Shown piece by piece: positions 12,195 to 26,000 of a stretch of 64,000 bases of DNA. The first letter of the stretch is position 1; every line of letters starts with the position of its first letter. Origin of the DNA: Eledone cirrhosa (lineage: Eukaryota). The notes under the pieces were generated by a model. The model had not been told where the DNA came from and did no database searches. It was given only the letters and a program-made list of their open reading frames with translations. A program made the translations under genes and the position numbers. The DNA is taken from contig OZ024759.1 of the NCBI GenBank assembly GCA_964016885.1, forward strand, positions 16,740,001-16,804,000. The letters run 5' to 3'.

Positions 12195-13140
12195 AGGATG
12201 GTGGAGTGCCAGAATCGGTAGAGTCGTAACAACATGCTTTGTGGCATATAGTTACAGCCTTTTACATTCTGAGTTCAAATACTGCCCATGTTAGCTTTGC
12301 CCCTTTCATCCTTACGGAGTTGATAAAATAAAGTACCAGTAATGCACTGGTGTTGATTTAATCACCCCCCACCCCCACCCCACTCTCTAAAAATTGTTGG
12401 CCTTTTGCCTAAATCAGAAACCACTATTAAGCTTAAGGAAAGGACGGTGGATTGGTAGAATTGGTAGAGCGCCGGACATGCTTTGCAGCATAGAGTTGTG
12501 GCCTTTTACTTTTTGAGTTCAAATCCCACCAACGTTAGCTTTGCCTTTCATTCTTACAGAGTTGACAAAATAAAGTACCAGTAATGCACTGGGGTAGATT
12601 TAATCAACTTTTATCCCCTCCCCAAATTGTTGGCCTTCTGCTTAATTGAGAAACCATTTTGGCAGTATCGGTAGAGGGTCGGACGCCATGCTTTGACGCA
12701 TAGAGTTACGGCCCTTGCCATTCTGAGTTCAAATCTCGCCGAGGTTCACTTTGCCTTTCATCCTTACAAGGTCGATAAAATAAAGTATCCGGAAATGTAC
12801 TGGGTAATTGCTGGCCTTGTGCCTAAAGTAGAAACCATTATGACAGATGTCTTCTAATACATATTTACATATATAATTTCTAGTTTCTAAGGGCTTATAG
12901 CTTCTATTTATAATGGTAATTATAACTTCTAATTTATAATGACACATATGGCCTATAATTTATAATTACATATAATTTATAATAGGCAGCGAATTGGTAG
13001 AGACATTAGAATGATGGATAGAATGTTTTGTAGTACTTGTTTTAGCTCTCTGTCCTCTGAGTTCAAATCCCACCGAGGTCAACTTTGCCTTTTATCCTTT
13101 CAAGGTTGATAAAAAAAGTACCAGTCCAGTACTGGGATAA
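12195..13140 (+). mobile_element. Cluster of tRNA-derived SINE copies (second family)
   Basis: Repeated tggcagtatcggtagag...ctgagttcaaatcccgccgaggttaactttgcctttcatcc...gataaaataaagtaccagt; also at ~530-690, 15905-16115, 29945-30120, 43770-44270, 46848-47075, 56350-56540 (-) and 60120-60510. Confidence 0.85.
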
Positions 13141-14227
13141 ATTCTTACTCTATATCTCTTTCTCACTCCCATTCTCTCTGTATCCTTCGCTGGAAGAAAT
13201 CTGCTGTATTCAGACCTGGAGAGGAGATGGGCTCCACCAGGTATATTTTAAAAATGCCCTAGTAATGCTGCATGTCAATACTGCACCCTTACGACTCACT
13301 CCTCGGGAGTTACGGGACAATGTATGCAAGCATGCATAATTTCTAATGACATATATAACCAGAGCCGTCATCTTGGTGTTTAGTGCCCTAGCCTAGCCCC
13401 ACATTGTCCTTTTTCCCAGCCCTACAATGTGTGTTCCCTTGCCTAGTTCCAACAATGTGTATCCCCTTCTCTTAGTAATTTTCTTAATATTGTCACAGCA
13501 AGAAACATGTCCCAAATAAGGTGTATCCGCTGTACCAAACTGTAAGTTGAAATTATTTCATTTGGACTACTACTACTACTAACTACTACTACTACTGCTG
13601 CTGCTACTATTACTACTGATTCTTCTGCTACTACTACTACTCACACTAATAATAATACTGAATAGATATAAATTCTTTAAATAAATGTCATCACATTCAA
13701 GTAAAAGACATCATGTTAAGAAATGTTATCAAATAAGTCACCAATTTTATAAAATTTAGAAATATAAAAAATAGTCTTGAGAGAGAAAGAAATTTAGTTA
13801 TTCTATTTTAAGTTTCATAAAATTGCCAAAATCAAAAGTTATTCCATTTTATAATTCATTTTTTTTTTTCAAATTAGTTCTAGTCATGTTTTTTCTGGCT
13901 AGCTGTTCTTTCAAATACCAATCACTTTACAGCATGTATTGGGTGCATTTTATCATGCCACTAGCACTAAAGAGATTGACTGTCAAGACTTAACTCTTTG
14001 GCATTTAAACTGGCCAGAGTTCTCTCACCTCTTTCTGTTCAAACCAGTCATACCTGGCTGCTCATACTTATGTTAAGGTATTGTTCTCAAAATAGATATA
14101 AAAATCTCGTCAATTCGATATTTTGTGAGATAAAGAATTTACCACGAATATACAATAGTAAATATAGAGTGATGTAAATGTTAAAGGGTTAAGAGTCCTC
14201 TCTATCCTGTTTCAATTTCTGTTCAGA

Positions 14228-14840
14228 GTGACAGCTCTCCTAGACAGATTGCTTTTACTACATCTCAGAGTCCATGCCTTCCCTAAGATAGTATTTGTTT
14301 ATATGGAGTGACAGTTCTTCTAAATAGGTTGCCTTTACTATGGTTTACAATCCCCATGGTAGTATTTAATTACTAGTTTTCTTCTTGTCGTATGACATCT
14401 ACACAATAGTTAGAGAGGCAGGTCGAGACTGGTGAGCCAGACCAAGGCATCATTTGCAGTTTTATGGATTGCCTTCAGGCTGCCGGGAAAATGTCTGAGG
14501 GGGACAATCCCAAACAACATGCAGTACTGTCTGAGCAGGGTCTCCAGTCACATTATTAGGAGTGACTGCTCTCCTAGACAGGTTGTCTTTATTACGGCTT
14601 ACAAAATCCATGCCTCCCCTTAAGGTAGTATTTATTTATAAGGAGTGTTAGCTCTCCAAGATGGGTTGCCATTACTGTGCCTCCCCTTAAGGTAGTATTT
14701 ATTTATAAGGAGTGTTAGCTCTCTTAGATGGGTTGCCTTTACTGTGGGTTACAGAGTCCACATCTCCTCCATGCAAGTATATGTTTGGCGTTACAGCTCT
14801 CCTAGACGGGTTGCCTTTGTTACAGTTTACAGGGGCCATG
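14228..14840. repeat. Degenerate tandem repeat (~65-80-bp unit)
   Basis: Recurrent gagtgacagctctcctagacgggttgcctttactgtg...tccatgcctcccct. Confidence 0.7.
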
Positions 14841-17800
14841 TATAGTCGTTAGAAATTCGAGAGATAATGTTAAAATATTTTTTTTAAAACATTTGGTTGC
14901 AGTTCATTGTTTATTCTATTTTTGATTGTTAAAACTGTATCTTGTATCATTCTAAGACTGTTAATGTTCAAATAAATATAGATATGTACAGTTTATAATA
15001 TATTTAATGTTACTTTAACATAAAATCTAAAACTTAAAAATAATATAGAAAATATTTTTCTATTATGTTAAAGCTGTACTTTATTACCCTGTCTTAACCC
15101 TTTCGATACCAACCAACCAACCCCCCCAAATGCTTCTGGTTCTATGGAACCATTAAATTAAAATTTTCCAACATGATTTTATATAAAAACCTTTTTGTTG
15201 TTACAAAAAATGTCATCTTAATAATTGAAATAATTTTAGTAAATCCCTCTAAATTCTTCATTGTTTAATTCAAATACAGTGTATTTTATCAAAAATATGA
15301 TAATGAAAGGAGTTAAACCATTCCTTTATTGTAGATTTAACCCATTTGTTACCATATTTCTAGTAAAAGACACTGGTTGTGATTATCAAATACATTTAAA
15401 AAAAAAAGAATCAAGAATTTGAAGAAATTTAGTAATATAATTAATGTTTTCACTACTTATCTGGTGTTTGGAACATAGCAAAACAAAGTTTTTCCCATAA
15501 AATTACGATGGAAGGTTTTTACATTAATATTTCTAATACAAGACATTGCTCAGGATTGTTAAATAATTTTGAAAATAATCCAGAATTTGAAGGGATTTAG
15601 TAATATCACTAACTTCCTCATTATTAAGCTAGTGTTTGGCTCATAGTACATAACATTTTGATGGAACGTTTGTAGATAAATGCAAACACTTTAAAAGAAA
15701 CAGTTTTGTATTGTAGAACCAGTACATTTAGGTAGTTTGGTATCACAAAAATTAAATCATTCTTTTATTTTAGTTTTAATATCTTATAGATGATTTTAAA
15801 TGTATTTTGTTGTTAAGTTTTGTTTATGAAAACAGTATTAAAATTGTTTTAAACTTCGAAATATTTTGCCAATTGTTTTTACACCTCTCATCATTCATTA
15901 TTTTGAATTGGCAGTATCGGTGGAGCGTCGGACACCTTGCTTTGCAGCAGAGAGTTACGGCCCTTTAAGTTATGAGTTCAAATCCCGCCGAGTTTAGCTT
16001 TGCTTTGCCTTTAATCCTTATGGGTTGATAAAATAAAGTACCAGTAAGTATTGGGGTCGATTTAATCGACTTTCCCTTCAAATTGCTGGTCTTGTGCCTA
16101 TAGTAGAAACAATTATTTTGAAAATGAAGCAAAAATATATTTTTCAGGAAAAAAATTTAAAATAATACAATTTCTTAACCCTTTAGCATTTAAACCGGCC
16201 GTACCTGGCCAGAATTCTCTTATTTCTTCCTGTTCAAACCGGCTGTAACCAGCCACTCATACTGATGTTAAAGGTTTTGTTCTCAAAATAAATAACATCG
16301 AAATATCATTAATTCAATATTATGTGAGGTAAAGCCTTTACCATGAAAATACAATAGTAAATATACAGTAATGTAAATGCTAAAGGGTTAAAGATAAATT
16401 GTAATTGTGTAGATCCTGACAAAAAAAATAGATATATTGGTCTTCTTGTATACGAGTTGGTTTCAGGTTGTTGTTCACCTGAGATCAGTTTCCAGCAAGA
16501 TTCCTTATTTCACATTTGTTTCAGTTCAGTCAGCTGGTAAAAATTGAGTTGTAACTGTAATTGAAGGCGATGGCTTTGTCACACATTGTGTCATGGTGAA
16601 TCTCCCTGAGAATTACGTTAACCCTTCAGCTCTGTGTTGCCTGTAACAAAATTCTGAAATATGTGGAATAAAGAAAGCAAAATGATTTACACTAACATAA
16701 GTTTATTTAAGTAACAGTCTTTTCAGTAAAGTGTGTTTTAGTTATTTTATTACATAATTAGGCTAATTATACACATATTAATCTTGTAGAGTGACATTAA
16801 TTAGCTTTAATTTCAGCTAGTTTTGGCTTCTTCTTTGTTAACTTCCTCAAGAGAATTAGTCCAATAATGCTACCATAAACAGCAGCAACACACTATAAAG
16901 AGACAGAAAGAATTATATCAATACACAGGCATCATCACTAGAGTAGAGTAGTGTAGTTAATACAAAGTATTGTGAGTTATGTAGTAAAAGACCAATAATG
17001 TTAAAAAACCCCAAAGAAAAATAATAAATCAGAAATGCAGTTGCATCTCTCAATGGTGATGACATAGGACTGAGATCTCTGGCGTTACACAGTGACACAG
17101 AAGACCTGACTCCCAACAGACAGACTGAAGCCTATACAGTATGCACCACCCCCACCCTCTCATACATCTCCCACGAGGACAGTATGAAGTATGCATCTAG
17201 TGAAACCCCAGCCTACAGTGTAAAGTGGTCGTGTAGGTGTCATGACAAAAAGCACCCAGCCCACACTGTAAAGTGGTCATGTAGGTGTCACGACAAAAAG
17301 CCCCCAGCCCACACTGTAAAGTGGTCATGTAGGTGTCACGACAAAAAACACCCAGCCCACACTGTAAAGTGGTCATGTAGGTGTCACGACAAAAAGCACC
17401 CAGTCCACACTGTAGAGGTTGTGCTGATATTACAGCAAATGATGTTTGCTGTAGAAACCAAGCCCAAATTCTGTATGTGCAAGATATGGTCATCTGACCT
17501 GGCATTGCCCACAACAGGGCAACCCACCTAATCCATCCATGCTAGTGTGGAAAAATTGACGTAAAACTGGTGGCACAAGGCAGAATGGTTGCTGTAGCAA
17601 CTCCACACATGTATAATACAGACACATAGGCCAGTTAGAGAAGAGTACGTCGATCCTTTGTTTTGTTTTGAAGTGTTTAGCTCCACATTTGAAAAGTGTG
17701 TAACAGCCCTGAAATATCATGTTACTGGTAAGACATTACTTTGTTTTATTTTATTTGTCATTACTTGCCCTTTGTATTTTTCTACCACGTTGAACCGGAT

Positions 17801-18639
17801 TTTTGAAAATTATCAGTCTTTTACTATCATCCTCACTGTTTCACCCTTTAGTTACCAACCCAGCCAAAACTGGTTCTGGTTATATGAAATAAAACCACCC
17901 ATTTTAAAGGTTTCCAATTAAAATTAAAATCTTCCAACATAAGTTACTATCTTAGTAAAACTTCTCTTGGAGGCCCTGCATACATACTTATAAACACATT
18001 TATATATATATAGTGACAATTAACCATGTACTTACATTAAAACGCCCTCGTCGGGTGTAAGAATTAAAGTGGTATTTTAATCCAGTGAAGCCAGTTTCAG
18101 CTTCTGAGAGAAATCCGCCAGCCATTGTAGTAACTTTTTCAAGAAAATAGGATTAAAATAAGTAAACGTTTATACAGAGAGAAAAAAAACCCCAAAAAAA
18201 AAAACCATGTATTCTCGAGCCTCGAATAATGACCCTCTCCCCCACCTCAATTAATTTTCAGATTACTACCACCACCGCTTATTAAGTTTTGGTTAATCTA
18301 TCTCCGGCCTTGTGACAATTATCTTTAGACATTAAAAAACATCATACGTTATAAAATAAATAGGATGGGTTGAGGTCTCTATGTAAACTAAACGACTAAT
18401 TCTGGTTTTTAAAAAATCAACGGAGACAACCTAGAAAAATTACTGATTTTCCATGCCACCCGCACTATTATTTGGGACACAAGAGTACATTTTCAAATGT
18501 GTAGTTTGTGATTATGTAGATGAAATTTAAAAGACAAATTATCATTGGAATTCATAGTTGTAGAAATGACAAATGAGAAGTACATGTAAGCCTATGCTTT
18601 TGTAATACCGTAAAATTACAAAAACCTTAGAATGCCTTT

Positions 18640-19365
18640 AGTCAGTTCTTCGAGAAATCATGGAAGTATTGCTAAGATGTATATTCTTGTTTTGTTGACC
18701 TTGAAAAGGCATGTGACCGTGTTCCTCGGGATCTACCATGGAAGGTTCTGCAGGAGTATGGGATCGATGGTCAGCTCCTGCTGCACTGATGTGTCTCTAT
18801 GAATGCCCAAGTATTTGTGTTGGATAAATGGTGCTAAATTGCGTACTGCCACCTCTCTTGTTCATTATTTACACAAACAGAATTGACATGCGCAGTTGGG
18901 TTGGAAGTGGTATCATGATTGGCAGGTGTAAAATCAGTCGACTGGAATTTGCAGACGACATGATATTACTTAACTCGACAGAATGTGATCTTTGATTTGT
19001 ACTCAATAGGTTTGATGCCGAGTGCTGCATGGCTGGAACGAAAATCAGTGCTGCGAAAACTGAGATGCTCATCCTCCAGGTAGAGCTGCTACCTCTCTCA
19101 ATTGAGAGATCACAGCTCTGATACTATGGGCAGATGGTTAGAATGTCTCGGGGAAAGAATTGCTGGACAGATTTTATGGGAAAAAACGACCGGCAAGAGA
19201 CCCAGAGGTAGACCCCAAGCAAGATGGTTGGATAACATCCATGAGCTTGGCTGGTCACGCTTGGGGATCCAGCTGGATCACTTGCTTCTGACTGGACCCA
19301 CTGGAAGGAATATTTGAGGACTCTGCCCCCACGACCATCTCAGGCATAAGTGGGCGAAGAAGAAA
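18640..19365 (+). mobile_element. Degenerate RTE-clade LINE reverse transcriptase fragments
   Basis: Frameshifted pieces CFVDLEKA.DRVPRDL.WKVLQEYGIDG, PLLFI, LEFADD and GKRPRGRPQARWLDNI. Confidence 0.85.
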
Positions 19366-19877
19366 TGACAGTCTTCCACTATCTGACTGATATTATTATA
19401 AGCACCAGTAATGAACTGAGATCGATTTAATCGACTTTTCCCATTTACCAAAATTATTGGTGTTGTGGCTAAATCAGAAACCATTATTATAATTATTCAT
19501 TATCAACATGGAATAGGAAGGTTTGATGAAAAAGAAAAGTTTGTTTAGTTTACTACAAACACATATCGAAAGTATACAGTATATGAAAGCATTAACGAAA
19601 CAGAATTATATAGAATAATGAAAGTATTAGAAAAAATAATAATAGTGTAATAGTATTTAGAAAAACAATCTAAATGTTAGTTAGTTGATAGATTTGGTTA
19701 GAAATTTGAAGGTTAAATTTGTTTTTCTTGTAGATGTTGGTGTGTTTTAGACGAAAATGTCCTTCAAAATCATCGTTAATTACTCGTTTTCTGTGATTCT
19801 TCCACCCAAGAATTCCATCAAACCCACCTCAGAAACGGCTGTAATAAGATAATGTATTTCTCAAACGATATAAGATT

Positions 19878-19922
<45 letters not shown>

Positions 19923-21070
19923 GGATCTTTTTATTTGATTAATTGATGCTCTGAACCAAGGTGCGTTGAGCTTATTTATTGAGAAACACAATCATCGTAC
20001 ATGTTATATATGTATTGATACCTAAACATAGTGTGTGTATATGTATATATATTCCCTTGCTAGCAGGGAAATTGGACGTTATATAATATAGCCATACTCT
20101 ACTACCCCATGTATTGAGTACTCTGTTGAGTAATGATCTAACTAGCTTTAAACTGGTTCTATCCGTATATATACATATATATAATTTCATTAGTATGATC
20201 GTAATCTACATCATGGAAAACGTATCACCGCAAGATTTCTTTCGTTTAAAAAAATATGCATTATTAAGAAAGTTACGAGGGTTTGTGGAAGAGACTAAAC
20301 CTTAATTACATCGTATTTCCTTAGTTGACAGGAACTTTAGGTATATATATAAAGGTTGATTATATATTAAATATAGTGCTGGATTAAAATCGGTTGAAGC
20401 TTTAAGCTGTATAAAACTTAAAGGCCCTTCGTTTAAAAAACAATACATCAGAATGTCTGACATACACAAAATAATGAAAACATATTAAGCCTTCTGATTA
20501 TTTTAAGGGCTACGCAGTGTTTATTTTGCTCTATGGTTTAATCTAGATCTGATTAAATAGCATCAGTGTTGTGGTTGTTAATATACAAAATAGCAATGAG
20601 AAGAAGCACAAGGGAAAAATAGACCGTGCCCTTCATCAAGCTCAATGTCCATAGAAATGCCCTCTAAGTAACATTTTTCAGTAGCGGAGAATAGTTATAA
20701 TTAAATGAAAAATCTAAAACATCGGTATGTATAAAGGAAGCTTGATTTGGGTTCTAAATGTTATTTGGTATAAATGGTAAGTTTCTATCGGCGATTATAC
20801 ATACCTTGTAGTGGTTAGTTTCTTCAAATGATCGGAACAAGCTGAGACAAGACTGCTTCTATGTCTGTTGTACGAAACTACGAGTTGATTACCTATGTCT
20901 GTGTATATATATATATATATATACACACATTTTAAATATTTATATATATAATATTAATTTAAAAAATATTTTATAGTTTTAAAAAATTATATTTATTTGA
21001 TTTTAATGCTTTAAAACAACAAAATGGAATTTAAAACCAGCAGAAATTCGAAAACACTGACTCCCAACTC

Positions 21071-21094
21071 AACACGTGAATTTGTACCGGAAGA
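21071..21094 (+). promoter_or_regulatory. Candidate RRP5 promoter-proximal E-box and ETS site
   Basis: AACACGTG (CACGTG 21073-21078) followed by CCGGAAG (21087-21093), next to candidate ATGs and upstream of the first confident RRP5 exon. Confidence 0.45.
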
Positions 21095-21149
21095 GGTCGA
21101 CAAAGTTTGCCATGTGTTCTTTAATTTAAACCAAATTATTTAATCTATC

Positions 21150-21161
21150 ATGTTTAAACAG
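21150..21161 (+). CDS. PDCD11: Candidate first coding segment of RRP5 (MFKQ); alternative is 21024-21104 (MEFKTSRN...EVDK)
   Basis: ATG TTT AAA CAG|gtattg is phase 0 and joins the exon at 22904. The alternative ATG at 21024 has a strong aaaATGG context but a weak donor (gtttgc). Confidence 0.35.
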
Positions 21162-22029
21162 GTATTGTAATGTGTTTAATATATCTATTTATCTTAAAGT
21201 TTTTCTCAAAAGTTTTTATTTTGATAGGAATCAGAATTATATTAGTTTGATTGTTTGTTCCGTGTTGAAAAAGAAATGTATATATATATTTTCAATGCAA
21301 TGTTTTGATGCGTAAAAGTTACAGCATGTATGTAACGCGATGTGGTTCTTAAGTAACTCGTTTCGCCTCGCAACCATGTGGTTTCGGGCTTAATCCAACT
21401 GTCTGGTATTTGGGGCGACTGTCTTCTATTACAAGTATTACTACTATAACATCGGTCTGATCAGTGCCTTGCGAGTGACATTTGGTAGACGGAAACTATG
21501 CGGAAGCCTGTCATATCTATCTGTCTATCTATCGACGGGGTATTAAACAACCCATTTGTGGCGCCTCCCCCCCTATTGGGGATTTCGATTGTTGAAATTG
21601 TTTGTTTTTATATTTTTTACACGACTGTATGTAAAATCCCCGGCATGTCTTTGTATTGTCCCCTTTCTTGTTGCGCCCTTGTGGCTAATAAAGAAATCTA
21701 TCTATGTATGTCTGTGTGTAAGACCGTGTTTACGTTTACTCTTTATGTTATGTAATGTAGAGGTTCGACAAAAAGGGATCGATAAACTAAGTACCAGACT
21801 AAATCCCTTTATAACAACGCCCTGTAATTGAGCCGTAAAAAAAAAAATTGTTATAAGTAGTGGGGTCGATATGATCGGCTAAAAACCCCTTCATGTCAGT
21901 GCCCCAGCATGGTCACACTCTGATGACTGAAATCTGTAAAATAATGATCGATGGTGTGATGGATGAAGGATATCGAGACTAGAAATTGGTAGCTACATAA
22001 CCACTATCTACTAATCAATATATCCATTT

Positions 22030-22292
22030 TCTTATTCCTGAGAGGGCTCTGGGGGCAGAGTCTTCAAACACTTCTTCTAGTGGGTCCTCTCAGAAGCAAC
22101 CGTATCCAACTGATCTGGCTGGATCCCCAAACGAGACCAGCCAAGCTCATGGATGTTATCCAACCATCTTTCTCGGGGTCTACCCCTCGGTCTCCTGCCG
22201 GTTGGTTTTGCTCATAAAATCTGTCCAGTGATTCTTTCCTGAGACATTCTAACCACATGGCCATAGTATTGGAGCTGTGATCTCCCAAATCT
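22030..22292 (-). mobile_element. RTE LINE 3' fragment
   Basis: Reverse-complement match to 28750-29030. Confidence 0.8.
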
Positions 22293-22903
22293 ACCATAAT
22301 CCTCTGAAACGATCGTTAAACAATGAACTAATTAAGAACCTATCTTCGACGTTTGTTTTACTTTCATTGTTCAATACACATATGTATGTATAAATGACTC
22401 TGTAGCTTGGGAAGAACCTTTGAGGGAACCTTATGTGATGAGAGCCTACTACAAAAACTATAGCACTCACTGCCTCGTCTCGTCGAAACCATCTCTTCAA
22501 GGCTGTATTGATCGGCCCCACGATAAACAGGTGGATACCCATATATATATATATATCGAGAAAAATGAAAAAAGGGAGGGAATGGCAACGACTAGTGTCA
22601 TAGAAGAGGGGGAAGGGGGAGGAGAATTGGGCTCTGGGCCTAGGCTGCAGCAGTAAAGGGCCCAGCCACCTCACCTCGTGGGGCTCCTTCTTCAGATGGG
22701 CCACCAACATTTCGATCTTACAGAGGAGCTCAGCTGTACCAGATCAAAGTACACCCTAGGTCTTGAGGCGACCGGTGCGAAGAGAAAGTGGCCAGACAAT
22801 CCCCAGTATTTGTTTATCTTCCTTTCTTCTGTAAGACGGGCCATGGTACCGAGGTTTGTGGCCGATGTAAATTTATATGATTTTTTTTTCTTCTTCCATC
22901 TAG

Positions 22904-23080
22904 TCACTGTCAGAAGGTCTGTTGACATACGGCTATGTTGTTAAATCTGAGAAAATTAACTTGACGATAACATTACCAGAAGGGTTTACAGGAATTGTCA
23001 AAGCTACAAGCATATCTCCAGCGTACACAGCTTACCTGAAATCCTTTGTTAATAATGGAAACAAAAAACTTTCAAAAATG
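22904..23080 (+). CDS. PDCD11: RRP5 exon (S1)
   Basis: [42 protein letters not shown]...KM; donor gtaaga. Confidence 0.88.
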
Positions 23081-26000
23081 GTAAGACTTTTTTCATTTAT
23101 TTATTATTGATTATTTTTTTACTTTGACTTAGAGCAACACAGGGAAGTCAAAATCACCATCATCATCATCATCATATGTCCGTTTTCCCTGCTAGGAAGG
23201 GTTGGGTGGTTTAACAACAGTTGGAGGTTGATACTTAAGTGGAGCTACTGACACCACCAGATAGGCCAGAGAATGGGACCCAGCATCTTGTTTATATATG
23301 TTCCCTGCACTCTGTTCTATGCTCAGACAAGCTGGCAGCCTGGCACTTGTTAACATAGGATCCTGTGTTCTTTTGAGTACTAAGAAGGGCCAGTGGTCCA
23401 CAACTGGCTAACATAGGGTCCTGTGTTCTATTGAGTACTCAGAAGGGCCAGTGGCTTACAACTGGCTAACATAGGGTCCTGTGTTCTATTGTGTCTTCAG
23501 AAGAGCCAGTGGTCCACAACTGACTAACACAGGGTCCTGTGTTCTATTGAGTCCTTAGAAGGGCCAGTGGTCCACAACTGGCTAACATAGGGTCCTGTGT
23601 TCTATTGAGTCTTCAGAAGAGCCAGTGGTCCACAACTGACTAACACAGGGTCCTGTGTTCTATTGAGTCCTTAGAAGGGCCAGTGGTCCACAACTGGCTA
23701 ACATAGGGTCCTGTGTTCTATTGAGTCTTCAGAAGGGCCAGTGGTCCACAACTGACTAACACAGGGTCCTGTGTTCTATTGTGTCCTTAGAAGGGCCAGT
23801 GGTCCACAACTGACTAACACAGGGTCCTGTGTTCTATTGTGTCCTTAGAAGGGCCAGTGGTCCACAACTGACTAACACAGGGTCCTGTGTTCTATTGAGT
23901 CCTTAGAAGGGCCAGTGGTCCACAACTGGCTAACATAGGGTCCTGTGTTCTATTGAGTCTTCAGAAGGGCCAGTGGTCCACAACTGACTAACACAGGGTC
24001 CTGTGTTCTATTGTGTCCTTAGAAGGGCCAGTGGTCCACAACTGGCTAACATAGGGTCCTGTGTTCTATTGAGTCTTCAGAAGGGCCAGTGGTCCACAAC
24101 TGACTAACACAGGGTCCTGTGTTCTATTGTGTCCTTAGAAGGGCCAGTGGTCCACAACTGACTAACACAGGGTCCTGTGTTCTATTGAGTCCTTAGAAGG
24201 GCCAGTGGTCCTGTGTTCTATTGAGTCCTTAGAAGGGCCAGTGGTCCACAACTGGCTAACATAGGGTCCTGTGTTCTATTGAGTCCTTAGAAGCGCCATT
24301 GGTCCATTATCTAATTTTCCATTTTTTTTTTTTTTTTTTACTATTGACAGGATGGTCAAACACTCCCTGACCTTTTTCCGGAAGGTTCTTTTCTTGTTTG
24401 CAAGATTATATCCACTAAAGAAGGAATATATAACTTGTCCGTGTCTCCAGTGGATCTTAATAGCAATATAGGAGAACGGCAGATTAAAAATAAAATGGTG
24501 AGTTTATTTTTATTATTTTTTATTATATGTCAACTGAGGAAGGAAGAGGTGATTACGTCGACTGAGGAAGGAAGAGGTGATTACGTCGACTGAGGAAGGA
24601 GGGGGTGATTACGTCGACTGAGGAAGGAGGGGGTGATTCTGTCGGCTGATGAAGGAGGGGGTGATTACGTCGACTGAGGAAGGAGGGGGTGATTACGTCG
24701 ACTGAGGAAGGAGGGGGTGATTCTGTCGGCTGATGAAGGAGGGGGTGATTACGTCGACTGAGGAAGGAGGGGTGATTACGTCGGCTGATGAAGGAAGGGG
24801 TGATTACGTCGGCTGATGAAGGAGGGGGTGATTACGTCGACTGAGGAAGGAGGGGGTGATTCTGTCGGCTGATGAAGGAGGGGGTGATTACGTCGACTGA
24901 GGAAGGAGGGGTGATTACGTCGACTGATGAAGGAAGGGGTGATTCTGTCGGCTGATGAAGGAAGGGGTGTGTTTGTGTCACTTGTGTGAGTGAACACGAA
25001 CTAACCAACCAACCAAGCAATAATCAGATATCTCGTTTTTTTTATATTATGTATAGATATTACAATTAGCTGTCATTTTTGACGCCACGGGGCCAGCTAG
25101 TTTTTTAATAATCTTTATATTTTAGATTATTGTGGGAAGTGTGCAAAGTGTTGAAGACCATGGCTATCTAATAGATATTGGCCTGAAAGATGTCTACGCA
25201 TTCCTCAGTAACAAGAATGCCAGCAATTATAATGACAGTAAGAGAAATTTTCAGTTCTATATTTCTTATTCTCTTGTTCTTTCCATTTTATTTCCATTTC
25301 TAAAAGGCCCAGTGGTTAGGGGTTGCATTCACAATCATAAGGTTATGGGTTTGATTCCTGTACCTTGTAGTGTGTTGTGTTCATTTCATGATAGGCCTAG
25401 TGTCTCTGTTATTAACCCTTTAGCATTTAAACCGGCCATATGTCCATTTTCCATGTTAGTATGGGTTAAACAAGTTGTCCAGTTGTGAAACAGATCATAT
25501 CACTGTCTTGTCCATACAGAACTGCTTCTGGCTTGGTTTATAAATTTACAGTGTGGACTGGGTATTTTTTAATGTGTCACCAAGATGACCACATTGCAGT
25601 GTGAACTGAGTGCTTTTTGTCATGATACCAACACAGCCACTTTACAGTGTTGACTGGGTGCTTTTTGCTATGACAACAAAACCGCCACTTTACATTGTGG
25701 ACTGGATGCTTTTTGTCATGACACCAATGTAACCACTTTACAGTGTGGACTGGGTGCTTTTTGTCATGACTCCTACATGACCACTTTACAGTGTGGACTG
25801 GGTGTTTTTTGTTGTCTCCTACAGTGTGAACTGGGTGCTTTTTGTTGTGGCTCCTACATGACCACTTTACATTGTGGACTGGGTGCTTTTTGCCTGTGCT
25901 AGAAACACTTATTTCTCACATATTGCTCATCTATGACTCTTTTTGTTTTGTATTTTTTTTTTCTACAGGAAAGCTAAAAGTTGGCCAGCAGCTTCATTGT

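Noticed and set aside
22430-22560. Intronic C/D snoRNA starting at GTGATGA
   Set aside because: No suitably placed CTGA D box or terminal stem, and no guide sequence I can recognise.
23345-24305. CRISPR-like appearance of regular arrays (also 1248-1958, 34005-35235, 50858-52290)
   Set aside because: Units are contiguous with no unique spacers, there are no cas genes, and the context is eukaryotic introns.
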